The notes below the pieces were generated by a model. That model did no database searches. It had not been told where the DNA came from and saw only the letters and a list, made by a program, of their open reading frames with translations. The position numbers and the translations under genes were made by a program. 64,000 nt of DNA from Octopus sinensis (taxonomy: Eukaryota): contig NC_043011.1 in NCBI RefSeq assembly GCF_006345805.1, forward strand, positions 55,440,464 to 55,504,463. Reading direction: 5' to 3'. How positions within the stretch are numbered: position 1 is the first letter of the stretch; each line of letters starts with the position of its first letter. Below are positions 24,644 through 38,436 of the stretch, piece by piece.

Positions 24644-25076
24644 GGTACTACTAGCGAACAATGGTCCCGGTGCGCGCACTCGCGTAGTGGCGCATCCGCA
24701 CTAGGTAGTCGTGACTAGTCGATCCTACAACGACTACCTAGCAAAGTGAATAAAACACAAAATAAATAATTTTTTTTACTCAAAGTAAATAATTTTTGTT
24801 AAACAAAGTAAATAAAACACAAAGTAAATAATTTTTTAAACAAAGTAAATCGTAGTGAGTGGGGAAATAACCGATAGAATAAGTACTCGGCTTACAAAGA
24901 ATAAGTCCCGGGGTCGATTTGCTCGACTAAAGGCGGTGCTCCAGCATGGCCGCAGTCAAATGACTGAAACAAGTAAAAGAGTAAAAAAGTAACACAAAAA
25001 CACAAAGTAAGGATCTACTAGTCATGACGAGCTGGCGCGGATGCGCGCACCGGGACCACTGTTCCCTACTAATACC
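24644..25076. mobile_element. Merlin-like MITE with 9-bp TSD, carrying a SINE 3' fragment
   Basis: GGTACTACTAGCGAAC termini; TSD CGACATTAT at 24635-24643 and 25077-25085; OR-SINE tail inserted at about 24868-24985; extra lone TIR at 24599-24616. Confidence 0.85.
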
Positions 25077-26284
25077 CGACATTATTTTCACTATTTGGAA
25101 GTCAAATCTTAACACACACAGACATTGGGGTCACCTGCACTAAACTCTATTCTTTATCCACAAATTCTGACGTCAACAGCAACGATCATTATATAAGATC
25201 AAAATTTGAAAAGGTTGTGGAAAGCGGGCTTATTCTTGTGTAGTGTAACGGTGTTATGTTTTCTTTTAACAAAATAATAATGATAAGGAGGATATATCTT
25301 GATTATAAGGTCTGCTTAGGAAGGTTGACCTGAGACTAAAACAAAACTTGTGTGGATTTATTCATCATTAAAAGTAGGATTAACAATTTGAATATACGAT
25401 CGACACGCGCGCATGCAGGTGCGTGTGTGTATGCTGGGGTACATACACACACACATATATATGTATGTGTGTATGTATTGTATGTTTATATACTTATTAA
25501 TGTACACACACACGCTGCGTTAAGGATTGTATCCAGCATTTAATTATGGGTAATAGGAATAATTAGCTATAATCAATTATTTAAATATCTGTAAGTCTTA
25601 TATAATTATGAAGGATGCCAATGTATATACTATCCCAATGTATGTATATTATATATACATACCAGAGTAAGCACATAAATGTGAAACAAGGTGGAAAAAA
25701 TAGTACTGGAATGCCGGAGGTAGAGTAATATGCTTTAATTAAAAAAAACTGTCCGACGAACGGGAACGTGAGATTCTGAGTAACAGATTTTGTGATGTCT
25801 TTGCAGCTTTTTAAATAAAGTATATATATATATATTATGATATGTAGAAAAATACAAACTGGGACAAGAACGCATAACACTTAGAAGACGATACAACAAA
25901 CACAGACAGGACATTCGAAGCCCTCAGTCTTCAGTCAAGAACCGGATCATCGTAGTAATTTCGATATATATATATCGTTTTTGGATTTAGTCTGCAAGAT
26001 TCTTTATATAAAATAACGACTGTGTATGAAGCTACTTACAGTGAAATAGTTGAGCATATGTTAACGGGGACTTATGTGATATACAATGTTAACATTTTTT
26101 ATAAATATATAAAACAAACATTTGCAAATTAAAAATGTTGTTGCCTGAGTAGAATTGAAAATAAAATTAATGAAAAAAAAAAAGGAAATAAAATTTAATT
26201 TGAAATAGATGGAAACTATCCCAAACCCTTCAAAGTTATAAGAGCTGATTCACAGTCAGAGCATTTTTCCCAATGCATGGGGCT

Positions 26285-26640
26285 GCCGTTTTCAGTTGTT
26301 GACCTGACACCTACTTGTCCAGCCAATTTGTTTCAGATGGTCCAATACAGTCGGAATCGAAACATCAAACCTTGCTGCTAACTCATGCTAAGTTAGAGAT
26401 GTATCTGCTTCTACTACAGTTTCCAGCCCATCGTTATCCACCTTGGTTTCAGGTCTATTATGGAGCTAATTTTGAAGAGTAAAGTCACAGACCAGAACTT
26501 CTCAAACCATTGATATACAGGGCGCTCATTCGCCACATCTTCACCAAACAGCTCATTGATGTTTCGAGCTGTCTAGGATACACTGGTTCCACGGTGGAAC
26601 TCATATTCATAAACAATATGAATTTTTTATCTATCTATGG
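26285..26640 (-). mobile_element. Mariner transposase N-terminal HTH fragment
   Basis: YEYEFHRGT..TARNINELFGEDVANERPVYQWFEKF...RPETKVDND...VEAD. Confidence 0.75.
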
Positions 26641-27021
26641 GTTTACAAAAATTGATTTACAAAAGAAAGCTCACAATATAATCAGACATCATAAATTGCA
26701 TTTTGAAAAGTGATGATGAATTAACTTTTAAATGTTGTAAAAGAAAGAATTGTCAGAATAAAACATTAGAGTTAACAATTGTCAAACTTGGTGCATAAGA
26801 AAATTGGACATTTCATTCTTAATGACCTGATACAATTAGCATGTGAAAAAAAAAGGATAATTCTTGATCAAAGGTCTGATTAAACCGTGAAGCAATCTAG
26901 TTCATTAAAAGTAGACACAAATGTTGAAAACGCAAAATTTCATATATGCAAACTACCCCCATTATAAATGCGTTCAGTGTTTTTTTGTAAAAGTTTAAGT
27001 CCTTTGGATACTGGAGATAAA

Positions 27022-27080
27022 GCAGAACAAGTGTTGTGCTGATGATGCCTGTTGAGGCAGGAACACATGCCCACGACTGC
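27022..27080 (+). ncRNA. Degenerate type I hammerhead ribozyme motif
   Basis: Stem I GTTGTG/CACGAC; CTGATGA; stem II TGCCT-GTTG-AGGCA; GGAAC (for GAAAC); ACAT; GCC (for GTC). Confidence 0.55.
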
Positions 27081-27350
27081 CCCCTTATTTTCAGACAATA
27101 ATCCAGTCCTTTTCTTTAATGACAATTCTGGAAAATTTTCAATTCTTGAGATTATCTCTCTTTCTCAGTTGCCATTTGGTATTTATGATACATCCTCTTG
27201 AGACAAATATAATTCTAATGAAATCAAGAATTTGTGTTATATGGTATTTAACACACCTGTATTTGGTCTATGGTGCTCATATACATACCACTGGACACTC
27301 TGAATTATTTCTGTTAGCTCATTGTTGTTTATACATACATACATATATAT

Positions 27351-27905
27351 ATCATCATCATAGTAATTTAATGTCCATTGTCCATGCTGGAGTGGGTTGA
27401 ACAGTTTGACCAGGGCTGGCCAGCTGGAAGGCTGCACCAGACTCCAGTCTGATTTGGCATGATTTTTCTATGGCTGGGTGCCCTTCCTAACACCAACCAT
27501 TCTGAGAATATAATTGGTGCTTTTACGCGCCACTGGCATGGGTGCCATTTGCATGACACCAGTATCTGCCTTGACTGTGATTTTACTTGGCTTGATGAGT
27601 CTTCTTCTCAAGAACAGCATAATGCCAAAAGTTTTGGTCATTCATCATTGTTTCCATGAGGCCCAACACTCAAAAGGTGCTTTTTACATGTCACTGACAT
27701 GGGTGCCAGATACATGGCACCAGCATAAGTCACAACTACAATTTCAATTGGCTTGCCGGGTCCTCTCAAGCACAGGATATCGCCAAAGGTCTCAGTCACT
27801 GGTCATTGCCTCTGTGAGACCCAAAGTTTGAAGGTCATGCTTCACCACCTCATCTCATGTCTTCCTGGGTCTACCTCTACCACAGGTTCCCTTCACAATC
27901 TGAGA
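27351..27905 (-). mobile_element. RTE LINE 3' end
   Basis: (CAT)n tail, family core, GRPRKTWDEVVKH-type coding end. Confidence 0.8.
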
Positions 27906-27929
27906 TCAGCACTTCTTATATATATATAT

Positions 27930-28378
27930 ATCATCATCATTGTCTAACGTCCGCTTTCCATGCTGTCATGGGTTGGACGGTTTGACTGAGGACTGGAGAG
28001 CCAGACGGTTGCACCAGGCTCCAATCTTGATCTGGCAGAGTTTCTACAGCTGGATGCCCTTCCTAACACCAACCACTCCAAGAGTGTAGTGGGTGCTTTT
28101 TACGTGCCACTGGCACTGGTGCCAGTCAGGTGGTACTAGCAATGACCTTGCTCGAATGGTGCTTTTTATGTGCCACCTGCACAGGAGCCAGTCCAGCGGC
28201 ACTGGCAATGACCTTGCTCGAATGTTTTTTTCACCTGCCAGTAAGGCGATGCTAGTAATGATCACGCTCGAATGGTGCTTTTTACATGCCACCGGCACAG
28301 AAGCCAGTTAGCTGCTCTGGCAATGATCACGCTCGGATGGTGCTCTTAGCGTTCCACTAGCACGGATGCCAGTCATCG
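27930..28378 (-). mobile_element. RTE LINE 3' UTR with expanded GTGCCAC array
   Basis: Family core plus about six repeat units. Confidence 0.8.
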
Positions 28379-28381
28379 AAA

Positions 28382-28746
28382 TCTCTATATATAAACAGCA
28401 AAATGTCTGGCTGTGTGTGTATCCTTTATACAAATCTACAATTTTTCAGTTAGAGGGCTCGCACTTTCTATGGTCATTCAAAACCGTCCAAGAGTGGTCG
28501 TGCACATCTTTACATTTCCCCAGTCACTCCCCAAAGCCATTAAAAAATCAATAGAAGTGACGTTTTTGTGAATTTTCTATCCAAAACCCAATCAAAATGC
28601 CCGAAACTTGATACGCCAATTGAACGCCAGCTAGCTGTATGTGATTGGTTGGAGACTTGGACAGTACTCGCGTGTATGTGTGCATGCATGCAGCTGTATA
28701 TGCATGCACTAGCACTATGACCGACATTGCCGGGTCATAGTGCTAG
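28382..28746 (+). mobile_element. Non-autonomous Helitron
   Basis: A|TC 5' end, 3' hairpin, CTAG|T 3' end, no TSD. Confidence 0.85.
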
Positions 28747-29061
28747 TCATAAATAATTGTAATATTGTAATAGGGTACATTCTTAAGATGAGAGATGTTG
28801 ACTACTATGAGGAGTGGTGGTGGAATAAAAGTGAATAGGAGGATGAGGGGACACTGCGTTTTGTCTAATAATTCATGGCCAACAACATCTGTTTGAGCAG
28901 CAAAGAACTTAGCCGCAACTGATGCTTATGGTGCATCATCTCTTTATGCAGCTCAGTGTAGGAACTGAGCTCATTGTAAATTTCTCTTGCAATTCTCATG
29001 TTACATTCATAATTAGGTTCTTAGTCAGTAAAAATTTATAGATCTTCCTCTATAAGTGCCA

Positions 29062-29715
29062 ATCATCATCATCAGCATTTAACATCCGTTTTCCATGCTA
29101 GCATAGGTTGGACCAGGGTCTGGTAAGCCATGGAGGCTGCACCAGGCTCTAGTCTGATTTGGCAGTGTTTCTATAGCTGGATGCCCTTCCTAATGCCAAC
29201 CACTCCGTGAGTGTAGTGGGTGTTTTTTATGTGCCACTGGCACAGGGGCTAGAGCAGGCTGGCAAATCGGTTGGTGCTTTTACGTGTTACCGACACAGAC
29301 GCCAATCAGGTGGTGCTGGCATCTGCCATGTTCGGATGGTGCTTTTTACGTGTCACCAGCACAGGAGCCTTAACTACAATTTCCATTTGAATTTTTATTT
29401 TGATGTTAACGTACTTGACTGAATAGTTCTCCTCAAGAACAGCAGGTCACTCTACAATCTAAGGTTAGCACAGCAGGCCGTCCTGCAAGCCATGAACTCA
29501 CTTCATTTGTCGAGTTTTCAAAGTCACAGCATATCTCCAGAGGTCTCGGTCTTTCGTCACAGCCTCTGTGGGACTCAAAGTACGAAGGTCATGTTTAACC
29601 ACCTCGTCCCATGTCTTCCTGGGTCTACCTCTACCCCGGATTCCTTCAACAGTTTGGGAGTGGCACTTCCTCACACATCTCTCCTCATCCATCCGTAGTA
29701 CATGACCATATTCAA
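29062..29715 (-). mobile_element. RTE LINE 3' end (RT C-terminus plus UTR)
   Basis: YGHVLRMDEERCVRKC...GRGRPRKTWDEVVKHDL...KDRDLWRYAV. Confidence 0.85.
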
Positions 29716-29929
29716 TTGAGATGGAATTCGAAGAGTTTCCATTCACAGCTTGTTCCTCTTCTAACATCAATTCCTCCTCATTACATAAACTTTCTTTATA
29801 GAAAACAAGCAACTCAATCACATCATCCTTTAATGAATTCTTCAAATCTTACATCTTTTGCAAGCGTCACAATATCTTTCCAAATCTGATGTAGTTTTTC
29901 TGCGAGCAGACAACTTTTAGTCACAGACA

Positions 29930-30770
29930 CAGTTTGGTCATATATTTTCCCAAGCACCATTCATAGTTGATGGATTCACTTCATCCCATGATTCAGTAAG
30001 GCTATCCACGTCATCCATTATGTTCAACTTTTCCCGTGAGTCCCTAACTCTAGGTTTATTCTCCCTGTCAATTGCTTTCATAAGTTGTTTAAAAGTTCTT
30101 CTCTGATAATAAGTTAGCTAGTATACCTTCAACCACTGAATGGAGCAACAAAGTTGTATTCTTGGGATATATTCCACTCTCATATATCAACAGAAAGCTC
30201 ATTTAAGTTCACTGGGTGTTTTGGTGCATTGTCTAAAAGGAGCGACGCTTTATTGGAAATATTATGCCTAACACCGTTCCTTTCAACTGTAGAACAAAAT
30301 ATTTGAGAAGGCTCTTACCCATCCATGACTCCTTACTAGAATACCCAATCAGAAGTAAATAATCTTTGCCTTACCATCGAAAGCCCTTAGATTTTTGGAG
30401 TAGTGTAGGGGGTAGTGGTTAAATTCGGGTGTTAATTTTTCTTCTCACGAAATAAAAGTTCTGGCAAGCAAGAGCTGTTTGAAAAGGGAAGATTCATCAA
30501 CATTGTATTACTTGCTCTGATATGTAGACTCCCTTTAGAAACCATTTTTTTTCTTCGGCTATTCAGGATAATTAGCCGCAGCCTCTGTATCAACACTGGC
30601 AGTTTCACCATTTTCATCATTTTTTTTGTGGTGCAAATTCAAGCACTTCTTACACCTTTCAAACCAGCTTTCACCAGCCGGAAAACTTTTTACATCAGAA
30701 GTTTCTTCCTCCATTTTCTGTAAACCATCACACAAACTTTTGGCTTTTTAAAAATCACCATCATGCTATT
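29930..30770 (-). mobile_element. Tigger/pogo transposase pseudogene fragment
   Basis: Frame-broken GWFERCKK..LH..GETASVDTEAA, LLLDNAPKHP, YIPKNTTLLLH motifs (CENP-B HTH plus DDE_1). Confidence 0.7.
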
Positions 30771-30832
30771 GTGAGGACTGGTCCTTAATCTGTAACACCC
30801 AAGAGCTGTTCCATTTTGATGGTACAATGTAA

Positions 30833-31022
30833 AAAGCACCCATACTGGTGCCACATGAAGGCATCCAGTACACTCTGTGAAATGGTTGGCATTAGGAAGG
30901 ACAGAGAAACCAAGTTGAAACACTAAAACAGACCATGGAACCTGGTACAGCCTCTGGTCTTGCCAGCTTCTAGCAAACTGTCCAACCAGCATAGAAAACG
31001 GACGTTAAATGATGATGATGAC
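30833..31022 (+). mobile_element. RTE LINE 3' UTR fragment, diverged
   Basis: GGTTGGCATTAGGAAGG...CGGACGTTAAATGATGATGATG. Confidence 0.7.
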
Positions 31023-31369
31023 TTTGATTACGTCAAAATAAAGCTTATGTAATTAATGGAGTAATTTCTAGAGCACTTGACTTTTCTTTTTGTTAGTGTT
31101 TTGGCAATGTGGTTGATATTTTTCTCCCACATGAAAAGTTTATCAAGTTTAATATCCAGTGTAATTCTTTTACGGTTCCTTTTCATGCTTTTACCTTCAT
31201 TTCAGATAGTCCAATAAATAGACAAACCTACCTACCTGTAACAAACTTCACAGATATAACCTGTAAATTGAACAAACCAGCTCCATCATTCTCGGAAGAA
31301 TAATAGATGGAAAAGAAGAAAAAATATGAGGGAGAAAAGGAAAGGCAAAAGAAAGAAGGCAGGAATTGG

Positions 31370-31370
31370 G

Positions 31371-31404
<34 letters not shown>

Positions 31405-31420
31405 TAGATAGATAGAGAGG
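31370..31420. repeat. (AG)n/(AGAT)n microsatellite
   Basis: Direct inspection. Confidence 0.85.
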
Positions 31421-33539
31421 GAAAGAAAGGAGAGAGAGGTGTTGGGAAGTCGTAGTTTCTGTCTATCATTTAAATTTCTTTTTATTATAATGGAGTCACG
31501 CTATCTCTTTTTCCCTATGAAAGCATTTCATCCCTGTCTCACAGACATTGGTTAAGCAGAATAATTTTTTAGCATTTGTATTTTAAGAGACTGGTCGTTG
31601 TTAAGTCATCCCCCTATGATAGAAGGAGTCCCGGCTATGACTTGACTCTCCTTTAATTACACAGTAATAAACTACAAGATATTATTACACTTTTAATCTC
31701 TTTTCTTAAAGCGGTAATCTATGGTATAACTGCAACTTCTAATAGTTGGATTACCGCATAGACATTGCCTTGTTAACACGGATTAAAGTTTATATTAGTT
31801 TCATGGCAACTGTTGACTTGGCGCATTAACGATGTCTGATTAAGAAGTGACCTGCTTCTTATCTTGTTGAAGGTCCTTTAATGATTTAAACAAAACTAAA
31901 TTGTTTAATATTTCTGTGAGAAAAGTGGAGGGTATTTAGAGACAATTAGAATAATATTATAGCCATAGTCACAATCTTGCTTTCGACCCGCTAGAAATAA
32001 CAGCCAAATCTTCCTTACATAAAACATAGAGAGGACAATAAAATCCCTTAACAATCTACTTAACTGCCTATCTATCTGTTTATCTATCTATCTATCTATC
32101 TAATAAGCATATACATATATGTATAAATCGTCTTTGTAGTCGCTTGCTAGAAATAACAGTCAAATCTCAAACTACACCGTACTACTGCCTTAAAATTATT
32201 GGAAAATTTAATGTCCGTTTATAAAAAAAATTGGAGTTCGTATCTTGTTAGGGCTACTTTAATAACTTAAATATCTTTAACAATAATTTGTTTTTTAAGT
32301 CTTATCTCGGCCTGAATAATATAATTGCTTCGTTTATAAGTTTCGTTATGTTTCCCGCCTGATAAATTAACGGTTAGTCTCATATCTATGTCGTTAGATA
32401 TCATTTTTATAAAATTATATTCTTCTGAATCAAACCTTGAAACCCACTGAATGTTTTAATTTCAAATAAAATAATTGAAGTCTGAAATAAACTATCAAAT
32501 GATAAGGTTTTAATAACCTTCATTTTCACGTTTCTAAACATGTGTAATTTAATAAAAAGTAAACGTTGAGAAGAATCTGATTTTTAATCAATCACTTCGT
32601 CTCTAATTTATATCTTCAGTGGAAAATTTGTCTGCACCAGTATTTAAATCTTTTCTTTCATAAATGTCCTTAAATTTATAATTACATAATCTTGCATTTT
32701 AATTCTTTGATTTATAAATAAATTGATTTAATCACGAAATTCGTATTAAATATTAAAACTTTTTCTCAAACCTTATTTTATATAATAGCTGAAAGCCTGC
32801 TTTTGAACAAATAACTATTTAATTGTTTGCTTGTTCAACTTTTTCCCCATAAAATTCCAACATAATCAATTAATCAACATCACCCGAAAAGTATTTATAG
32901 AAAATTTCATTAATAGTTTTTCTGCAAGTTCTGAGTCAACCACAGACATGGAGGTACTCTTGTGCAGTTAGACCAATATTTCTTTTATAAATCTCTAAAT
33001 AGCCAATTTCTAATATTTAAAAAAGCATTGACACATACATAAATCATATTTTGTACCGAATTCTATTTTAATTATATTTTAAGAATATTAATTGTAAATT
33101 CGTCTTTCGTAATTCCTTCCTCACACCTTAATTTCCTAATGTAAATTATAAATGTAATAAGTTTCTATTTAAGCACAGTGTCCCTAGAATTCACAAAATT
33201 TCTGGTAAGACTTCACCTTCAGTATTAAAACTCACACATTTGGAGAAGTTGTGAACTCATCGATACGGTTTCAATTCCCCTTTACACTTTTGCAAACGTT
33301 GCTACTGTCCCATACAATATCCTCACTACTATCAATTTAACAAATAACCTTGTTTATTTTATTATAAAACATTTTATCGTATTTTAAAACTAAGCTGTAA
33401 CGAGACAAGTTCCTACATAATTCAAAGTCAAAAATAATTCAAGTTCCCACATAAATAAAGTGAAAAATTTCTTCATTTGAAGAAGTAAAACGAAAATCGC
33501 GATAAAATTGCTAAAAAGTGGCTCCAGAACGCAAGCTGA

Positions 33540-33670
33540 AATAAACCAATCAGAAGCCAGAAAATGGTTTGTTAAGAGCCAATGAAAACGTGTCGTTTAA
33601 CAGCCAATCAGAATCGAAGCGCTAAATACAATTTACCAACCAGGGGGAGTGTGTTGGTGTATAAAATCTC
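33540..33670 (+). promoter_or_regulatory. Histone H3 promoter: three CCAAT boxes and a TATA box
   Basis: CCAAT at 33546, 33579 and 33604; TATAAAA at 33660-33666, about 60 nt before the ATG. Confidence 0.8.
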
Positions 33671-33712
33671 GTACATTTTCGTCGTTTTTTCATTCAGCAT
33701 TTTGCAAATTGA

Positions 33713-34132
<420 letters not shown>

Positions 34133-34159
34133 TTTCTTAATTTGAAGAAAAATCTAAAC

Positions 34160-34197
34160 GGCCCTTTTAAGGGCCACCTACATTCTCATGAAAGTGA
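34160..34197 (+). promoter_or_regulatory. Histone 3' stem-loop and purine-rich histone downstream element
   Basis: GGCCCTTTTAAGGGCC (34160-34175), ACCTA, then GAAAGTGA at 34190-34197. Confidence 0.93.
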
Positions 34198-35001
34198 TCC
34201 CATCTTCTAAATATTTTGCACTTTTTTTCGTTTTGTAAACTGTAATTTAAGAGACTGTCAGTTTGGTCGTGTCCAATTAATTCCTGCTGTTCATATTGAA
34301 TTTTTGGCGCTAAAATCGGACAAAACAACGAATAGAGTAAGTTGGATTCGCAGAGAAATATCAACATTTTGCACCGATTTTGTATTCTTTTTTTTCTTCT
34401 AGAAACTGGAACCGATCTTCTAAAACAGTTGGCGACTTCTGAAATTTCCCGCCTAGTTTTTATGTCCGTTATTTTTGTTTCGTTTGTCTCTCTTCTAATT
34501 TTAAATTTTCCTTTTCATAATGAAAACATTTGCACTCTTCGAAAGGAATGATATAACATTCGTTTTGAATTTTGTCTTCGCGCTATTCCTTTTTCGAACC
34601 GTGGGAATGAATCTGTGATAGACTAAAAACTAGAGGGGTCTGGGGATTAGAAATGAAGACACTGCAGACGGTTAATAATTAGCTTTTTTTTAAAGGTAGA
34701 TGTGCACTGTTATTCCCGAGATATTATTCCTTTCGGTGATCGAAAACTAATTTATCGCAAGCAAACTTCTTAAATATCTGCTCTAAACCCACCATCCTAC
34801 CGATAAAACGAAATTAGAAAGGATTCTTAATTTTCTGTCAATTGTCGCGAATTGTGTGAATTTTCGAAATACTTGAGATTTTTATTAAATTACACGGTAA
34901 CCTGTAAAAGTCAGAGTGCTGAATTACCTAGTGTTTCTCCTGACATAACTTATAGAAATTATTTTTTTCCAATTAGATCTGAATTTGAAAGTTTTCTCAG
35001 T

Positions 35002-35043
35002 GAAATTAAAATGTAAGAGCGCGCACTGTTCGCTAGTAGTACC
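35002..35043. mobile_element. Isolated terminal repeat of the Merlin-like MITE
   Basis: AATGTAAGAGCGCGCACTGTTCGCTAGTAGTACC is the reverse complement of the 35369 left end. Confidence 0.7.
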
Positions 35044-35368
35044 CTGTAGTTCATTGAGCTTCATAACTTTTGGAAAAAAATCTAAAATTCACGGAATTAA
35101 AATTCGATCGTTGTACAAAAAACTAAATGAACTGTTAACGAAGTATAATCACGTGTATTCACGAATGTACGAAAGAGATTTGCTCTGATATTCTCATTTA
35201 AATATGAATAGGTAAATACGGGCGGCTTTTGTAACAAAAGGTTAAAATTATAGGCAATTTACACGCATCACTTTTTCTGCTCGAAATTTCTAGTTTCATA
35301 TAAAATCATTTTACACTTTGAAAGATTAAAAATTTCCTTTCCCGAAGAAAAGGTTTGAGGGTATTCAG

Positions 35369-35623
35369 GGTACTACTAGCGAACAGTGGTCCCGGTGCGC
35401 GCACTTTACATTTCAATTTAACTCTTGATACCGATTTGCCTGAAACTGCAGATAAAATAATTTACTTAGTTTAAAAAATTATTTACTTTGTTCGAAAAAT
35501 ATTTAATTTAAAAAAAATAATTTACTTGCGCGAATCTATTTATTTGCATACGTGCATCTCGTAGGATCGACTACTTCGGACTAGCTATAGCACGCAACGG
35601 GACCCCTCTTTGCTAGTAGTACC
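35369..35623. mobile_element. Merlin-like MITE, diverged, opposite orientation to the 16545 copy
   Basis: GGTACTACTAGCGAACAGTGGTCCC ... GGGACCCCTCTTTGCTAGTAGTACC; no TSD visible. Confidence 0.75.
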
Positions 35624-38436
35624 GAAACGGCCCAGAGTTTCGATGAAAATTTCCTGTTTTAATGTTTTTTTTTTTTTTTTTTTTTTTAAATGAAAACCCC
35701 TCAATTCCATGCAAAATTTGTTCCAAATATGAATTAAATGTTATTTTTCAAACTCAGTTGAAAGACAAAGTAATGCAACAAAAATGTGCTGATAAACGGG
35801 TTTAAACATTAACATCCATAATTAACCAGTTAAAATTTTTTTTCATCTTTAACGAAACCCAGGTCAGTGGAACTATAATTGGGTCTCTTGTCTGTGTGTT
35901 ACCACTTAACGTCCGTTGCCTATGCAATGACAAGTCATTACCGTCAATTTTTAAATTATAGGAAATATTTGCCAATAGCTCTTTTGAAATTAGATAATGT
36001 AATTTTTTTTTTAAAAAAAAATTTGCTTTTTTTTAAGCTTATCTCAAACCTTCCATTGTAATTTCATTTAACTTGTTCCTTACCACAAGCTTAAAAGTAA
36101 AGATTTTGACCGAATTATTTTCCAAATTTGAAACTAAGGCATTAGTTCGAGACCTGGGAATTAAGTCAAAGGTGCCAATTTTTAATCAATTTATCTAAGT
36201 TTAGCAATTATAGCTGGATGTTGGGTCACGTGCAAATACAGTTCACCTGGAATTTATGAAAAAAAACGAATGTTGGATATGTTTTTCACAAGTCTTTATT
36301 TATATTTTATAAGGAAAACTGGAGAAAAACTTTCAAGAGTAAAACTTGAATTTTTTATTTTTTGATAGTGATTAATTTTGTATTAAATTTTTAGTTGACA
36401 AAAAGAAATTGTAAATCAAACGAAAGAAATGTGTATCCCTGTTTAAGGGTGGCATGAAATGAAGTTAAACTTAGTCAAAGTGAAGAGGGGGGAATTCAAT
36501 TAAGGCAAAGTTCATGTAACTATTGTCATAATTATCACAATTGTGTTTTATAATTAAGGGTGATGACAATAGCAAAAAATGTAATTTGTTTTTAAATCTC
36601 TTCATTTGGTCTGCCATAAGCATATTCCCACTAAAACTGGTACAAACTGTAATTTTGAAGAAAACTTCCTTGTTTGACAAACAAGAAATCAACATTTTTG
36701 CATATGGCCCTGGGATACAGAAAACTGAAGTATGAAATAAGTGCAACTGTCCTTACATTTAAACTGCAATTATGAATTAAGTTCAACCATGAGCACTCTT
36801 TCAATGGTTATTAGCAGCAAATACAGGTATTTACAGGTCAGTTTCTTAGTAGGTACAGCTTAGCTGTGTGGCTAAGAAGGTCCCTTCATAACTATGTAGT
36901 TTCAAGTTCAATCCCTCTGCAAGGTAACCGTCAACCAAAATCCATATGAATGAATTTGAACCAACCAGTTGTTAGTTGACTTAATCTGCTGCTTGGTTAA
37001 ACACCACCATTTAGTGAAGTTACTCTGGCAAGTATTAGGACTTCGTGTCTGTTGTGAGAATAACTTCTTGCCTTCCTGCTAGCAGTCGAACAGGCCCTTA
37101 AAAGGGGGTCAAGACTGCTACTCCTTTAACTTGGTGATAAAAAGTAAATTAGTTGATCTACATTTGAATTATCACCATGAAATATGGTTTTGAATTATTT
37201 AGATTTTAGAAGAAAGTTTGATATAATTTTGATGCTACAGATTGAAGATCCAATTCTGTGTAAGTGCGAGTCATGAGAAAAATCAACGGGGCACTTTAAG
37301 AAGTGGAGTCTTCAATTGTTTATTAAATGGTCGCGTCCCAATAGGTCACAGCTGACCAGCTGCGACAAGAAGAGTAAAGGTTATAAATTAAAAAAAAAAA
37401 AATTCAAGAATAAGAGACATTAAGAAAATTAGTAAGAAATACACACACCACACAATCTATGGTAAGAAAAATCTCATTTAGTTACAAATTCTGAAAAAAG
37501 AAAAAAAACTTCTAACACATTTTAAAGAATCATTTTGGAAGTTATGTGTGTAAAAGAAAACATCTCATTTTATCAATGAGAACTTTTGCTATAGTCTTTA
37601 ATTTTGCATGAATGTAGTGAGCAGCTCAACGGCTACATGATATAAAAAAGGGTACCCACTACAAGTATTATGTGTTATGTTCCTGGGCAAGGCACTTATC
37701 ACCAGTTTCCTTGAGGTCAAGCTACTGCCAGGCATGGGACTCCGTTCTTCTCAGGATCATACTGGCAAGACAAAAGGAGGGAATTCTGATGTCTGGCAAG
37801 CCAGGGTCTTAGATACCATTCTGCCCAAGTGTGTTTTGGAGGCACACACTGCCGTTTAGGGAAACAGAACGAAAGTTAAGAGATGTACAAAGTTAAGTAT
37901 TGACGTGGAATTATATGAAAAATAAGAAATATAAAGACATTATTCTTAGCAACTGATTAAATGTATCGGAAAGAATAAATGTAAATCACCAACGATCGTC
38001 CCTACGAAGTGGAATAAAAATTTTAGTAACGAGTTTGGTGAAATTTGTATTACAGGGGAGATAACTTCGCTAATCCAGAAATACTCAGGGACGCCTTCTG
38101 AAGGAAGAAAAGAGTGAAACGAAAACATCCTTTTCCCGACAAAAAACCCAAATTGTTAAGTATTGGTTCCCTAAATTTTAAGTCTATCAAGTAACAAGAC
38201 AACAGTAAAGTCGTTTGATTGAACTTTCGAATTTATCAGTTGAATCAAACCAGACAAAAAGGGAAACATCTTAGCAACACTAGTTTGAAATAAAGAGAAA
38301 ATTTCGTTTTTAGCTTTATATATTTCTTCACTTAAATGTCTGGTAAACGTATCGTATCACAGAGTAGCCATTAGTTATCTCCCCTGAAATATTTAAAATA
38401 CGTGGCGGGGTGCATTTTTTCCTTCCGTTTTCTTTT

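Noticed and set aside
25895-25960. CTGAAGA...CGAA on the minus strand, hammerhead-like
   Set aside because: No stem II or stem I complementarity; likely part of an unclassified dispersed repeat
31711-31757. GCGGTAATC/GATTACCGC hairpin as a miRNA
   Set aside because: Pairing needs a 13-nt one-sided bulge; stem too short for a precursor
37093-37108. Histone stem-loop-like GGCCCTTAAAAGGGGG on the minus strand
   Set aside because: Two stem-base mismatches, no ACC/HDE context and no histone ORF upstream on that strand
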